Positions 28,071-39,468 are shown, counted from the first letter of the stretch. The stretch: DNA of 64,000 bases from Prevotellaceae bacterium (GCA_029226205.1 JAQXXT010000007.1:3921-67920); one strand, 5' to 3'. A program made the numbers and translations. The notes: generated by a model not told the origin, from the letters alone.

Positions 28071-28379
28071 ATGGCAGAGATCAGGGACAACCTGAACACG
28101 AGCGACCCGGAGTACCATGTCTACAGGGGCCTTCAGAAGCCCTTGGAGGCATTTGGTCTCCGTGGCCGCTACATCTATTGGGCAGCGGCGGCAGTCGGCT
28201 GTGCTTTGTTGAGCCTTCTGATTGGATATATCGCTTTCGGATTCCTTATTTCCCTTTGCCTTGCCCTCACGTTTCTTGCCGTTGGCGCCGGGTTCATCTT
28301 CTACAAGCAGCATAAGGGGCTGCACACGAAGAAGGTTCCCAAAGGCGTGTTCATTTTCTATAAATCACGAGACTTCTAA
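28071..28379 (+). CDS. traF: DUF4133 TraF (VirB3-like)
   Basis: VYRGLQKPLEAFGLRGRYI ... KGLHTKK. Confidence 0.85.
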   Translation: MAEIRDNLNTSDPEYHVYRGLQKPLEAFGLRGRYIYWAAAAVGCALLSLLIGYIAFGFLISLCLALTFLAVGAGFIFYKQHKGLHTKKVPKGVFIFYKSRDF

Positions 28380-28412
28380 AGTCAAACCCATTATTGTTCA
28401 ACCGTAATATAT

Positions 28413-31358
28413 ATGTTCGCTGTCGTCACCATCATAGCAGTCATCTGTCTTCTCCTCGGAATGGTCATCTCCGTGAAGGCGTTCGGCACGGGAGGAAAAC
28501 GTGCCAAGGTCTTCGAGGATATCTATTTCTCCTGTGAGGACGCTGAGGGCATGGGAGTCATCCTTACCAAGGAGGGGGATTATTCCTCGGTACTGAAGAT
28601 GGAGAACCCCGTGCGCAAATACAGCGCTGACAAGGAAGCCTACTATGACTACACCTCTCTGATGGCATCAGTGCTTCAGACCCTCGGCGAGGGTTATGCG
28701 CTTCACAAGCAGGACATATTCATACGAAAGAAATTCGATATGTCGAAAGTGGCGTCACGGTCAACCGACAAGGCCAAGCGTTTCCTTTCCGACAGCTATT
28801 TCCGTTTTTTCGATGGCCGTCCGTACACGGATACGGAGACCTATCTGATTATCACACAGAAGAACAAGAAAAGCAGTTTTTCTGCCTTTGACCGAGGCAA
28901 ATGGAACGACTTCCTTGTCAAGTCCAGTAAGGTCGCCGACCGGCTCCGCTCGGAGGAGGTGAAATGCCATTTCCTCAATGCCGAGGAGTGCCGTGAGTAT
29001 GCCGACCGTTACTATGCCATGGACTTTGCCGACAAACACTATGCCATGACCGACTTCAAGGTTGACAAGGAGGGTATCGGCATGGGAGACCGCAGGATGA
29101 AGATGTACAGTCTCCTTGATGTCGATGATGTCGGTCTTCCCGGTCAGCTCACGCCCTATCAGGATGTCACCATCAACTCCTCGACGATGAGCGAGGACCT
29201 GATGAGTGAGATAGACCGTATCGAGGGCCCGGACACCGTTGTCTACAACCAAGTCATCATCATTCCCTCACAGAAGAGGGAGATTGCCAAGTTGCAGAAG
29301 AAGCGCAACCGTCATGCCTCCCTTCCGAACCCGAACAACCAAGTTGCCGTCGAGGATATCAACGCCGTCCTCGACGATATCGCCCGCAACGGACGGCAGC
29401 TTGTCTATGCGCATTACAATCTCGCTATTACCGCTCCGTCTTCGATAGACTTTCAGAAAGTCACCAATCAACTGGAGAATATCCTTGCCCGCAATTCCAT
29501 CAGTATCTCCAAGCGGGCCTATAACCAGTTGGAACTCTTTACCGCCACGTTCCCCGGCAACTGTTTCCAGTTGAACGAGGACTACGACCGTTTCCTCACC
29601 CTCTCCGAGCCTGCCCTATGCCTGATGTACAAGGAGTGTCAGGCAAAGGGAGACCGTGGGGCAAAGGTCAAATGCTATTATACCGACCGGCAGGGCGTTC
29701 CCATGGCCATTGACACCACGGGAAAGGAGAATGCCGTCAAATATACCGACAACTCCAACTTCTTTGTCCTCGGTCCTTCGGGATCGGGAAAGTCCTTCTT
29801 TATGAATACGGTCATGCGACAGTATTACGAGCAGGACACGGATATCGTCATCGTTGATACCGGTGACTCCTACGAGGGACTGTGCTCCTATTTCGGGGGC
29901 ACGTATATATCTTACAGCAAGGAGCACCCCATCTCCATGAACCCCTTCAAAATCAGCAAGGAGGAGTATGAGGGCAACTTCGAGGAGAAGAAGAACTTCC
30001 TCAAATCCCTTATCTTCCTTATCTTCCGTGGTGCCGAGATGCCCACGAAGCTCGAGGACGTGCTCGTCAACGAGACCATCACCGAGTATTATGAGGAGTA
30101 TTTTCACCCGTTTACGGGCTTCACCGATGATGAGCGCAAGCAACTCCGCCAGACCCTTATGCTAGAGGACAAGAAAAACGGACGCTTCGAGGAGTTTGAG
30201 GGAGAGCTAGAGAAAAAATACGGTGACGAGTATAACATTGAGGAACTTGACAGGCAGAAGGAGAAGATGGCCGCCGAGTCACAGGAGCGCTACAACCGCC
30301 TGAAGCCGAAACTGGAAGCCCTGAAGAATGATGCCGCCGCCACCGAGGGTGAGCGTGAGGCCGCCGAGAGACAGCTTATGAAACTCACCCCTGAGCTTGT
30401 AGAGGTAAAGTACCTTCAGCGTCTGGACCATGAAATTGCCAAGATTGAGCATCAAAGAAAGAATCTCAAGGTTACCGATCTCAGTTTCAACAGTTACTAC
30501 GAGTTCGCTCTGGAGCGTCTGCCACAGCTTATGCGGCAGCAGAACGTGAAGTTCGACATCAATAACTTCGCTGCCATCCTGAAACCCTATTACAAGGGCG
30601 GAGAGCGTGAGAACACACTGAACTCGGACATGGACACGAGTCTCTTCGACGAGAAGTTCATCGTCTTCGAGATTGACAAGGTGAAGGATATCAAGGACCT
30701 CTTCCCGATCATCGTCCTTATCATCATGGATGTCTTCACGCAGAAGATGCGACTGAAGAAAGGCCGCAAGTGTCTTGTCATCGAGGAGGCGTGGAAGGCT
30801 ATCGCCACACCTGTCATGGCCGATTATATCAAGTACCTCTATAAGACGGCCCGCAAGCACTGGGCAATGGTAGGCGTGGTTACACAGGAGATTCAGGATA
30901 TCACCTCCTCCCCTATCGTCAAGGACGCCATCATCAATAATTCGGGAGTCTTCATGCTCTTGGATCAGAGTAAGTTCAAGGATAAGTTCGATGATATCAA
31001 GGCCACTCTTGCCCTCACGGATAATGACTGCAAGAAGATTTTCACCATTAACCGCCTTGACAATCATGACGGACGCAGCCCCTTCAAGGAGGTCTTCATC
31101 AAGCGTGGCATCGAGAGTGACGTCTATGGTGTCGAGGAGCCGCCGGAGTGTTATATGAACTATACCACAGAGAAGGCCGAGAAGGAGGCATTGAAGCTCT
31201 ACCGCCGCCTTCTCCATGGCACTCAGCAGGAGGCCATCGAGGCTTTTGTCCGTGACTGGAAGTTCTCGGGCATTACCAAGTCCTTGGATTTCGCCAAGCG
31301 TGTCCTTAAGGACGGCAAGATATACGATTTCCACAGCCCTCAGCACATGAAGGCATAA
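28413..31358 (+). CDS. traG: TraG conjugative ATPase (VirB4-like)
   Basis: NFFVLGPSGSGKSF Walker A; IEEAWKAI; KTARKH; VVTQEIQDI. Confidence 0.95.
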   Translation: MFAVVTIIAVICLLLGMVISVKAFGTGGKRAKVFEDIYFSCEDAEGMGVILTKEGDYSSVLKMENPVRKYSADKEAYYDYTSLMASVLQTLGEGYALHKQDIFIRKKFDMSKVASRSTDKAKRFLSDSYFRFFDGRPYTDTETYLIITQKNKKSSFSAFDRGKWNDFLVKSSKVADRLRSEEVKCHFLNAEECREYADRYYAMDFADKHYAMTDFKVDKEGIGMGDRRMKMYSLLDVDDVGLPGQLTPYQDVTINSSTMSEDLMSEIDRIEGPDTVVYNQVIIIPSQKREIAKLQKKRNRHASLPNPNNQVAVEDINAVLDDIARNGRQLVYAHYNLAITAPSSIDFQKVTNQLENILARNSISISKRAYNQLELFTATFPGNCFQLNEDYDRFLTLSEPALCLMYKECQAKGDRGAKVKCYYTDRQGVPMAIDTTGKENAVKYTDNSNFFVLGPSGSGKSFFMNTVMRQYYEQDTDIVIVDTGDSYEGLCSYFGGTYISYSKEHPISMNPFKISKEEYEGNFEEKKNFLKSLIFLIFRGAEMPTKLEDVLVNETITEYYEEYFHPFTGFTDDERKQLRQTLMLEDKKNGRFEEFEGELEKKYGDEYNIEELDRQKEKMAAESQERYNRLKPKLEALKNDAAATEGEREAAERQLMKLTPELVEVKYLQRLDHEIAKIEHQRKNLKVTDLSFNSYYEFALERLPQLMRQQNVKFDINNFAAILKPYYKGGERENTLNSDMDTSLFDEKFIVFEIDKVKDIKDLFPIIVLIIMDVFTQKMRLKKGRKCLVIEEAWKAIATPVMADYIKYLYKTARKHWAMVGVVTQEIQDITSSPIVKDAIINNSGVFMLLDQSKFKDKFDDIKATLALTDNDCKKIFTINRLDNHDGRSPFKEVFIKRGIESDVYGVEEPPECYMNYTTEKAEKEALKLYRRLLHGTQQEAIEAFVRDWKFSGITKSLDFAKRVLKDGKIYDFHSPQHMKA

Positions 31359-31377
31359 ACTGTTAACGATAAAAGAT

Positions 31378-34224
31378 ATGCGCAAGATACTCTTTCTTTT
31401 TTTCTTCTCCATAGTAGCTGTGAACATGCGTGCCAACATGTATCACTCTATTAACATAGACAAGTCCACGATTGCTACGATGAAAGGAATCTATTCGGCG
31501 GAGCTTGCTGAGGAGGCAAAGAATCAAAAAGAGCTCAATAATGTCTACGGAGACTACGAGAAGATAGGTGTCTCCGTAGCGGGTATCTTTGTCAGCAAGT
31601 GGTTCGACCGGAAGGCCCTCACGAATGTCAGACTCTTTACCGTAGAAGAGAAGATGGTATATCAGCGCATACTTTATCTCTTGCAACAGATTATGGTCCG
31701 TATCCCCACCGTCGGTGTGCATTTTCTCCGGAAACCCGAGAAGTGCCTGTACTGGGGACCGTATCTTCTCTCGACAACTCAGAGCGTCGAGAATCTTGCC
31801 AAACAGTTTCAGGTCCTTGTGACCAACAACGAGTTGACTTTTGACCAGATTGAGTTTTTGGTTGTCAACCGTGACCTTGTGAATCTCTTTGAATTTGCCA
31901 AAAATCATCAGGACAAGGATTACTGGAAGAATTTGTGGAAAAAAATCGCCAATATCGATGATGTTAAAGATGATCTCGGACGCACTGTCAAGGATGACAT
32001 CAAGAGTATCGGAGGAACCCTCGCCCAAGCCGGCATTGAGACGATAGAAGGTAATATGAGATATGGTGTCGATATTGCCAAGCAGACATCCGATACATGG
32101 AAGGATGTCACCAATGGCGGGGACTGGAGTGCCATCGGCTCTGCCATGACCAGCGGGAATATTCTCACAAGTGGTTATTGGACACGCCTCTTCGGCGCTG
32201 CCAAGGCTTTCCATTCCAAGGCTAAGGAGGTGTATGACCTCTACAACACCTTCAAGGGAGAGTACGACCGCTTCAAAGATGCCAAGAATATTAAGGATAT
32301 TCTTCTTCAAGTCGTGGATCCCGAAGGAACAGGTAATCCCATGAAAATGGTCTACAAGCTCTTTCAGATTGACCGTTACAGCACAACGGAGTTCATGAAG
32401 GACTACCTCAATGAGGTAGAGGATCAGTACTACCGTCAGCGTTGGTATATCGAGCGTGTAGACGATGGAAAGAAGGTTCTTTACAGCGATGAGGTGCCGG
32501 ATTTCGCAAAGAAATACGGCTCTGAATACAATTGGAGTCAGCATGATGATGTCCTTCATTATACAAGCTGGGGTGATATCTTTGGTGATTTAGGTCCAAG
32601 AAAGCATCAAGACCTAAGTAAACACTACATTCTGACATCATCAGACATACAGAAATTAAAGGACTTGGCAGATAATCGGTCTGGATGGAATTCATCCAAG
32701 ATTAGTCAATATGAATCTCAAAATGCGGGACATAATGTCACAGTAGAATATAGTTTAAGTCATCAGCATAGTTACATCAAATATAATACAGTTAATAGAT
32801 TTTGTTTCTATGGCTATGGCGTGACAGTCACGGACACATGGAGTATCCATAACCTCATTGAGGACCAGATATTTGACTCAAAGACGATGGATTATGACGC
32901 CTTCGTAAGTCAGATGGAGGCCAAACTGGAAGAGTATCAGGGTCAGGCCATGGATCAGTGGGAATCTGACACTCATAAGAACAATGGTATCCCTCCATAC
33001 CCTGAGCCTAAGTTTCGCCTGTCCCATGACGACAAGATTCCTTACTCGGAGACCGACGCAGCCAAGATTAAGGGCTCAAGCCTCGTAACCTACAAGGCTT
33101 CCTGTTCGGATGGAAACGAGCTTGTCAGTGGTAGCTTCTCTTGGAAGGTGAACCCGCATACGGAAGACAAACATATCACGGCTGCCGCCAAAGACTATGC
33201 AATGCAGGGGCAGAACACCTTCGAAGATGACCCTCTCTCGCAGTTGAACAAGAAACTCGAGAGTCTGAACAGTGAGATTGCCAGTCTTGAAAAGAAAATC
33301 AGTGCTCTCACTGACAAAATCAACAAACTTATCTCTGACATATCCACTGCAACACTTCAAGGGAAGGATGCAAGCGTCAAGAGTTTGAAGGAACAGAAAG
33401 AGCAGTTGGAGGCCGAGAAAGCGTCTTTGGAAAATCAGAAAGCCTATGATGAGCAGATGACGGATTCCGTTCAGTCTGGTATTACTGAGTGTCAGGAGGG
33501 TATCTTGGATGACGGCGACGGAAACCGTATTCCGAGCAACCTCAAATATATATCCGGTATCCTCAATATCACTTGGCAGCCCGGAGTATGGGTGGACGGT
33601 CACAACCAGTATATATATACCTGCATAGGATATTGTGAGATGGTAAAGAGTGATGTCACTTATACGGCTGTCCTTACAGAGTCCAGGCATGCAAAGAAAA
33701 TCCTCGGCATCCGTGTCCATCGTCCTATCCTTAATGTTGACTTCTCCGTCACGTCTGGTGGTACGTCGGACAATATTATAAAAACGATGCAACTAGATAC
33801 CGCTATGTCCGACGAGGCAAAGGCCGCCAAAGCCAATGAGGAGCTCCACAAACTCATGGATGACTATCCGAACTGCAAGATTACTATGGAGATGTCCAAT
33901 ATCTCCGCATCGGATTCAACAAGGAGTAATGATCCGTTCCATCTGCTCTGGGCTGATGACCGTCTGGCCGTTGCCTATAAAGTAGAGGCAGAACTTGCCA
34001 ATATCAACTCGCAGCTCTATCTGATTGACTACACGATGAGTCTCAATGAGTCTCTGACGGAATATCTCAAATACAGGGCATTGGATCTTGTATCCCGTAC
34101 GGGGCGTTCCTATATAGCACAGATGGCCCTTGGCCGGTGGCAGGCTTCTGCTGACAGTGCGGCAATAGACCAGAAATACGGAACAAGTGTCTCTGAAAGA
34201 ATCAACAATACGGAAGGAAAATGA
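31378..34224 (+). CDS. Large secreted conjugation-associated protein with coiled coil
   Basis: Signal peptide, position in the tra operon, coiled coil near 33240-33460. Confidence 0.7.
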   Translation: MRKILFLFFFSIVAVNMRANMYHSINIDKSTIATMKGIYSAELAEEAKNQKELNNVYGDYEKIGVSVAGIFVSKWFDRKALTNVRLFTVEEKMVYQRILYLLQQIMVRIPTVGVHFLRKPEKCLYWGPYLLSTTQSVENLAKQFQVLVTNNELTFDQIEFLVVNRDLVNLFEFAKNHQDKDYWKNLWKKIANIDDVKDDLGRTVKDDIKSIGGTLAQAGIETIEGNMRYGVDIAKQTSDTWKDVTNGGDWSAIGSAMTSGNILTSGYWTRLFGAAKAFHSKAKEVYDLYNTFKGEYDRFKDAKNIKDILLQVVDPEGTGNPMKMVYKLFQIDRYSTTEFMKDYLNEVEDQYYRQRWYIERVDDGKKVLYSDEVPDFAKKYGSEYNWSQHDDVLHYTSWGDIFGDLGPRKHQDLSKHYILTSSDIQKLKDLADNRSGWNSSKISQYESQNAGHNVTVEYSLSHQHSYIKYNTVNRFCFYGYGVTVTDTWSIHNLIEDQIFDSKTMDYDAFVSQMEAKLEEYQGQAMDQWESDTHKNNGIPPYPEPKFRLSHDDKIPYSETDAAKIKGSSLVTYKASCSDGNELVSGSFSWKVNPHTEDKHITAAAKDYAMQGQNTFEDDPLSQLNKKLESLNSEIASLEKKISALTDKINKLISDISTATLQGKDASVKSLKEQKEQLEAEKASLENQKAYDEQMTDSVQSGITECQEGILDDGDGNRIPSNLKYISGILNITWQPGVWVDGHNQYIYTCIGYCEMVKSDVTYTAVLTESRHAKKILGIRVHRPILNVDFSVTSGGTSDNIIKTMQLDTAMSDEAKAAKANEELHKLMDDYPNCKITMEMSNISASDSTRSNDPFHLLWADDRLAVAYKVEAELANINSQLYLIDYTMSLNESLTEYLKYRALDLVSRTGRSYIAQMALGRWQASADSAAIDQKYGTSVSERINNTEGK

Positions 34225-35030
34225 AAAGGATAGTTACAAAACTGATATTGGCATTTCTCACCCTTTGCTCGGCTACACCCATGTTGGCACAACCGGCAAC
34301 GGATGAGCTTACTGTGGAAGCCATGATGGACTACCATCGCAAGACCGGGCTTGCCCATAGGACAAGACGGGACATGGAGATATGCAATGAGCTTGCCCAC
34401 GCCAAGGAGGCTGACACCAACGGTGAGTATGAGGAGACCGCCAAGGAGCTTGACAAATACGGCGGTATCGCCAACTGGATGAGCTTTATCCTAAAGTCTG
34501 CCGCTACTGGTTATCATGCTTATATTGCCGCTTCCAACACTGCTGACAATATCTCCGGAACGGTAGAGCTGCTGCGGGCTTTCTCGGAGAAGGTCTATAA
34601 GGAGAAGAAGGTCTATGCCACGGATACCGTGGTCCTTAACTCGGCCAAGAGGTGTTGCAGTTATATAAAGGATGATATAAAAAGCATAAAGAAGGACATG
34701 AAATCCATCACCGGCATGATGGCAGCCCAGTCTTTGGGTGCCGCCTCCTTCCCCATATCAAAACTGTTGACCTCTCTTGACAACCTCAATACTGATCTGA
34801 GTGACATAGACAACAGTGTCCGCAATCTCCGGGGGACGCTCCTTGCCTATATGACTGTAAGGGGCTCGGTGATGGGTGCCTATATAACGGCACCACCAGA
34901 CCTGCAAAAGATATATCAGGCTGCCTATGACCGTTGGATGGGCTCGGCGATGGATGTCTTTTCCCATCTTGGACAAAGCGTGGAGCACAAGCCTCTCGGA
35001 CACGGGGCGCTTATCGGACATGAAGGTTAA
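34221..35030 (+). CDS. Secreted helical tra-associated protein
   Basis: Signal peptide; operon position. Confidence 0.65.
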   Translation: MKRIVTKLILAFLTLCSATPMLAQPATDELTVEAMMDYHRKTGLAHRTRRDMEICNELAHAKEADTNGEYEETAKELDKYGGIANWMSFILKSAATGYHAYIAASNTADNISGTVELLRAFSEKVYKEKKVYATDTVVLNSAKRCCSYIKDDIKSIKKDMKSITGMMAAQSLGAASFPISKLLTSLDNLNTDLSDIDNSVRNLRGTLLAYMTVRGSVMGAYITAPPDLQKIYQAAYDRWMGSAMDVFSHLGQSVEHKPLGHGALIGHEG

Positions 35031-35049
35031 TGACAAAAAATAACAAGAT

Positions 35050-35811
35050 ATGAGTTTGAACACAATGATAAAAGGATTCCTTTGTACAGTGATACTGTCT
35101 GCCATAGCCCTTTCCTCTCATGCGCAGAGCAGTGATGTTACATACTACCACTTCAATGATGTGGAGCAGCAGTTCATTGGTATGCATACTGGTAAAATCG
35201 GGCGAGTGGAAGAATACATATGGCACCCACACTATAAGAAGTTTGTCAAGGATCCGAACAATGCCAATTTGAATTCGATGAGCAAGACCTTCATCTTCCT
35301 TCAGAAAGAGTCCTCACACTCCGAGAAGAGCGAATCTGCCTTTCAAAAGCGTGCTGTCAAGGAAGGCTTGAATGTGTTGGACAGGCAGTCACTGTTCTCC
35401 CTCGGCATTCAAGCTGCCGCTGAGAAGTTCAAGAACAAGCAGGCGTTGTTCAAGCGTAATATCAACAAGATTCCCTACTACGGAGGTGACGGGAACGACC
35501 AGAGATATTGGACTACATGTTATAACGCCCTCTCTTCGGCATATAATATAACCATGAAGGCTTATATGCGCTCCGGCAGCCGGATGAATGAGCTTCAGAA
35601 GCTCTACCGTGACGTGGTGGAGTATAACAGCAACTTGGTAAGGTATATCACGACATTGGCCAACAAGAAAAAGGTCAGTCTGCTGCTTGCCAAGATTAAG
35701 AATCCAAACATCCCGTCACGTCAGCGCCGCAGGGCCGTTGCCCAAGAGTGCATGCTTTACTGGGGTGAAATGTGGGGCAGTGACACTGTTGCAAGAAACT
35801 ATAGAAAATAA
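35050..35811 (+). CDS. DUF5045-like secreted tra protein
   Basis: Signal peptide; FKRNINKIPYYGG and AYMRSGSR motifs; lies upstream of traJ. Confidence 0.6.
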   Translation: MSLNTMIKGFLCTVILSAIALSSHAQSSDVTYYHFNDVEQQFIGMHTGKIGRVEEYIWHPHYKKFVKDPNNANLNSMSKTFIFLQKESSHSEKSESAFQKRAVKEGLNVLDRQSLFSLGIQAAAEKFKNKQALFKRNINKIPYYGGDGNDQRYWTTCYNALSSAYNITMKAYMRSGSRMNELQKLYRDVVEYNSNLVRYITTLANKKKVSLLLAKIKNPNIPSRQRRRAVAQECMLYWGEMWGSDTVARNYRK

Positions 35812-35836
35812 AGGTAATAAGTAACTATATATTGAA

Positions 35837-37036
35837 ATGAATTTTATCCTACTCTCATCGGCAGCCGACACTGGTTCCTTGACTGACACGACATGGCAGG
35901 CATTTTCGGACATGTCATCGACCGTTGGCGTGGACCTCTTCGAGGAGGACATTGACAATGTCATCTTCTCGACGAATGAGTTCCTGTGCAATCAGAACTT
36001 TATTGGTCCGTCTGGCCCGTTCTTTATGATCTTGCAGTTTGCCATGTCGTTGGCCGTCGTCTTCTCACTCATCGTAGCAGGAAGCATGGCCTATAAGATG
36101 ATGGTGAAGGGCGAGCCGTTCGACCCGTTCAAAATCCTGCGTATCCTCGGTATCGCCCTCATTATGTGTTGGTGGTATCCGCCTGCATGGACTGGCTTGG
36201 CAGGCACGTCCAGTAAGACCTGTATGCTTGACATCCTTGCCTACGTCCCCAACTGTATCGGTTCCTATACCCATGACCTCTACGAGGAGGAGGCAGTACA
36301 GGTTAACGAGAAGTATGGGAAGATGATGGAACTGGTTAATAAAAGGGACTCTCTTTATAACGCTTATGATCCCCAATGGCAGTATACCAAGGACGCTATG
36401 TCCAATCAGGCGACAACAGAGGCTCTGAATAACACCGACAATCCGGAGGGAGCCATAAAGAGCGGCACCCAAGTACAGGAGAATGCCAAGAAGTCAACAT
36501 ACGCCGGCTTCATCATCGCCTTGGACAAGATTGTCATCTTCCTTGCCTTGGTCATCTACCGTATCGGATGGTGGTCAACAATCTTCTGTCAGCAGATCCT
36601 GCTAGGCATGCTGACGATATTCGGACCTATCATGTGGGCTTTCAGCATTCTGCCAAAATGGGAGGGGGCATGGGCCAAATGGCTCATCAGGTATCTGACG
36701 GTCCACTTCTACGGAGCCATGCTGTATTTTGTGGGATTCTATGTCCTGCTGCTCTTTGATATCGTACTCTCTGTACAGGTGGAGAACCTGACGGCCATTG
36801 CGGGCAACCTTCAGACGATTACCGGCTATGTGCAGAATGTCTTCATGACGGCAGGATATCTCCTTGCTGCAAGTGTCGTCTCCCTGAAGTGTCTTAACCT
36901 TGTCCCTGATCTCGCCGGTTGGATGATTCCGGAGGGTGAAAGTTCTTATTCGACCCGTAACTTCGGTGAGGGCGTGGCAGCCAGTGTCAAGGGCAGCGCC
37001 ATGAACTTGACAGGTATGGGAATGCGTGCTATCTAA
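35837..37036 (+). CDS. traJ: TraJ (VirB6-like) membrane protein
   Basis: Multi-TM; LGMLTIFGPIMWAFSILPKWEGAWAKW..RYL. Confidence 0.88.
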   Translation: MNFILLSSAADTGSLTDTTWQAFSDMSSTVGVDLFEEDIDNVIFSTNEFLCNQNFIGPSGPFFMILQFAMSLAVVFSLIVAGSMAYKMMVKGEPFDPFKILRILGIALIMCWWYPPAWTGLAGTSSKTCMLDILAYVPNCIGSYTHDLYEEEAVQVNEKYGKMMELVNKRDSLYNAYDPQWQYTKDAMSNQATTEALNNTDNPEGAIKSGTQVQENAKKSTYAGFIIALDKIVIFLALVIYRIGWWSTIFCQQILLGMLTIFGPIMWAFSILPKWEGAWAKWLIRYLTVHFYGAMLYFVGFYVLLLFDIVLSVQVENLTAIAGNLQTITGYVQNVFMTAGYLLAASVVSLKCLNLVPDLAGWMIPEGESSYSTRNFGEGVAASVKGSAMNLTGMGMRAI

Positions 37037-37052
37037 AAGAAAGGAGTGTTCC

Positions 37053-37670
37053 ATGCCAGTATTAAAGAATCTAGAGAATAAGATTAAGCTCACGCTTATC
37101 ATGAGTGTTGTCTTCATCACGGGCAGCCTTGTCATAGCCATCGGCAGTCTGATTGTTGCCGGCAACATGGTCAACGAGGCTCATAAGAAGATATACGTCC
37201 TCGACTCCAATGTCCCTATCCTCGTCCGCCGCACGGAGATGAGCGAGACTCTGGAGGTAGAGGCAAAGGCCGATATCGAGGCGTTCCATCAACTCTTCTT
37301 CACCCTCCCGCCTGATGACAAGTATATCCAGTATACAATGAAGAAAGCCCTGTACCTCGTGGATGCCACAGGTCTTGCACAGTACAATACTCTCAAGGAA
37401 AAAGGCTTCTTCTCACAGATAGTGGGTACTTCAACGATATGCTCCATCTTCTGTGACTCTATCAAGTTTGACCGTAAGACGATGGACTTCACCTATTACG
37501 GGCGTCAGCGTATAGAACGTCGTACGAGCATCCTCTACCGGCAGCTCATCACCGCAGGAAAGCTCCGTCGTATGCCTAGGACGGACAACAACCCTTACGG
37601 CTTCCTCATTACAAACTGGAGGACTCTTGTCAACAAGGACCTCGAGGAGCAGCCCAAGAGCGACTATTAA
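37053..37670 (+). CDS. traK: TraK (VirB8-like)
   Basis: KIYVLD, FHQLFFTLPPD, RTDNNPYGFLI. Confidence 0.93.
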   Translation: MPVLKNLENKIKLTLIMSVVFITGSLVIAIGSLIVAGNMVNEAHKKIYVLDSNVPILVRRTEMSETLEVEAKADIEAFHQLFFTLPPDDKYIQYTMKKALYLVDATGLAQYNTLKEKGFFSQIVGTSTICSIFCDSIKFDRKTMDFTYYGRQRIERRTSILYRQLITAGKLRRMPRTDNNPYGFLITNWRTLVNKDLEEQPKSDY

Positions 37671-37696
37671 GGATAGTGATTAATAAGTAATAGTAT

Positions 37697-38047
37697 ATGA
37701 AGTTAAAGAAAGTCATCTTCGGCGAGCCGATGCCCGACAAGAACGATCCCAAATACAAGGAGCGTTACGAGAAGGAGGTCGCCGCCGGAAAGAAATTCGG
37801 GGACAAAATCGGTCTGCCCGTTGTCGGTGCCTTTATCTATCGATGGGCGTCGGCACACAAGACGGCCTTCCTCGTCATCTCCTTCGGAACGGTTATCACA
37901 TGTTTTGCGTTGAATGTCGTAGCTGTCATCCGTGTCTATAACTCACAGCCAGCCGACGGACACCACACCACGGCGGTTGAGCAGGTGGATTCGGCATTGT
38001 ACAAACAGCAGCAGGCGCACAAAAACTCAAAGAACTATGGACATTAG
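37697..38047 (+). CDS. TraL-like protein
   Basis: GEPMPDKNDPKYKERYE motif plus TM; between traK and traM. Confidence 0.65.
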   Translation: MKLKKVIFGEPMPDKNDPKYKERYEKEVAAGKKFGDKIGLPVVGAFIYRWASAHKTAFLVISFGTVITCFALNVVAVIRVYNSQPADGHHTTAVEQVDSALYKQQQAHKNSKNYGH

Positions 38048-39452
38048 AAAGAAGATAAATTTCAAGCAGCCCAAATACATCATACCGCTCATTGCGTATG
38101 TCGGCGTACTTTTCGTGGGTTATATGGTTATCTCTATTTTCACTTCGGACAACGATGATAAGAATTCCCGTCTTAAGACTACCTCCTATCTCAACTCCGA
38201 CCTTCCCGATGCCAACGTGGACTCCACGCTGACGGATAAGATGACGGCCTCGGAGGATGAGTATGGTAACATCAGTGACGAGACTGCTGTGGGCGACCTT
38301 CAGGATGACAAGGACTCCGTAAACAAGAAAGCAAGCTATGAGTCCGGTTATAATGAGATGGAACGCCGCCATGTCGAGGCAGCTCAGGCACAGCGTGAGA
38401 TGCAGGAGCAGGAAGCTCGTGACCGCTCTCAAATGCTTCAGATGCGTAGGATGCAAAACCGTATCCGCTCCCGTAACTCAGGCGGTTCATCGTCGTCCGA
38501 CGACTCCTTCGTGGATCCTGTCTCTGACAATGTTATCGCACGGGAGCAGCGCCGCCGTCGTCAGAGGGAGATGGCAGCCATCAACCGTGACCTCACGGCT
38601 ACCTACGGCAACGCCTACTCGGGTGGCGACACATACAACGACTCTCCTCTTGCCCGTCGTGACCTGTCTTCCTCCAACAGGTATGCCAGTGCCTACGGAC
38701 AGCAGGGACAGAATGGTTATGGCAGCGCTCAGGACATGCAGAATGGCGGCTATGGTGGCGCTGACGGTTATGCCGGGGCTGACAACTACCAAAATGGGGG
38801 CTATCAGGGCCAAGGTGGCAATGGCTATAACGGCAATATAGGCGGCAACGGCAGTAATGCCGTGGCAGGCGACGGACACCCGATGACCGTTATCAAGAAG
38901 AATAACGAAACATCGTCCTACTTCAACACCATAACCGCCGAGAAGAAGAAATCCAAGCTCATCTCCGCCATTATCGACGAGAATGTCAAGGCTTATGACG
39001 GAAGCCGTGTCAGATTGCGTCTGCTTGATGACATTGAAATCGGCGGTATGACCGTGAAGAAAGGCACTTACCTCTATGCCACGATGTCGGGTTTCGGCTC
39101 TCAGCGTGTCAAGGGAACGGTAAGCAGCATCTTCTATGATGACGAGATCATGGATGTAAGCCTCTCCATCTATGACACCGACGGTCTTGAGGGCCTTTAT
39201 GTCCCCGTCAGCCAGTTCCGCCAGACAGCCAAGGATGTCGCCTCGGAGAGTATGTCGGGAGGAACGCAGATCATGGAGTCCACAGGATCCTCTACGGGTA
39301 TCAAGGGATGGGCATCGCAGACGGCCCAGAACGCAACGCAGAAGGTCATGAGTGCCTTCTCATCAGCCTTCAAGAAGAACCGTGCACGCCTGAAATACGG
39401 TACCCGTGTGTATCTCGTGGACCAGTCGATGAAACGGCAGGCAAGAAAGTAA
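38037..39452 (+). CDS. traM: TraM (VirB10-like)
   Basis: GSRVRLRLLDD and YDTDGLEGLYVP; G/Y/N/Q low-complexity linker. Confidence 0.92.
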   Translation: MDIRKKINFKQPKYIIPLIAYVGVLFVGYMVISIFTSDNDDKNSRLKTTSYLNSDLPDANVDSTLTDKMTASEDEYGNISDETAVGDLQDDKDSVNKKASYESGYNEMERRHVEAAQAQREMQEQEARDRSQMLQMRRMQNRIRSRNSGGSSSSDDSFVDPVSDNVIAREQRRRRQREMAAINRDLTATYGNAYSGGDTYNDSPLARRDLSSSNRYASAYGQQGQNGYGSAQDMQNGGYGGADGYAGADNYQNGGYQGQGGNGYNGNIGGNGSNAVAGDGHPMTVIKKNNETSSYFNTITAEKKKSKLISAIIDENVKAYDGSRVRLRLLDDIEIGGMTVKKGTYLYATMSGFGSQRVKGTVSSIFYDDEIMDVSLSIYDTDGLEGLYVPVSQFRQTAKDVASESMSGGTQIMESTGSSTGIKGWASQTAQNATQKVMSAFSSAFKKNRARLKYGTRVYLVDQSMKRQARK

Positions 39453-39468
39453 TAATAAGTAAGAATAT

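Noticed and set aside
30279-32559. Long minus-strand ORFs opposite traG and its neighbour (similar ones lie opposite topB and gdhA)
   Set aside because: Antisense shadows of codon-biased genes, with no recognisable motifs
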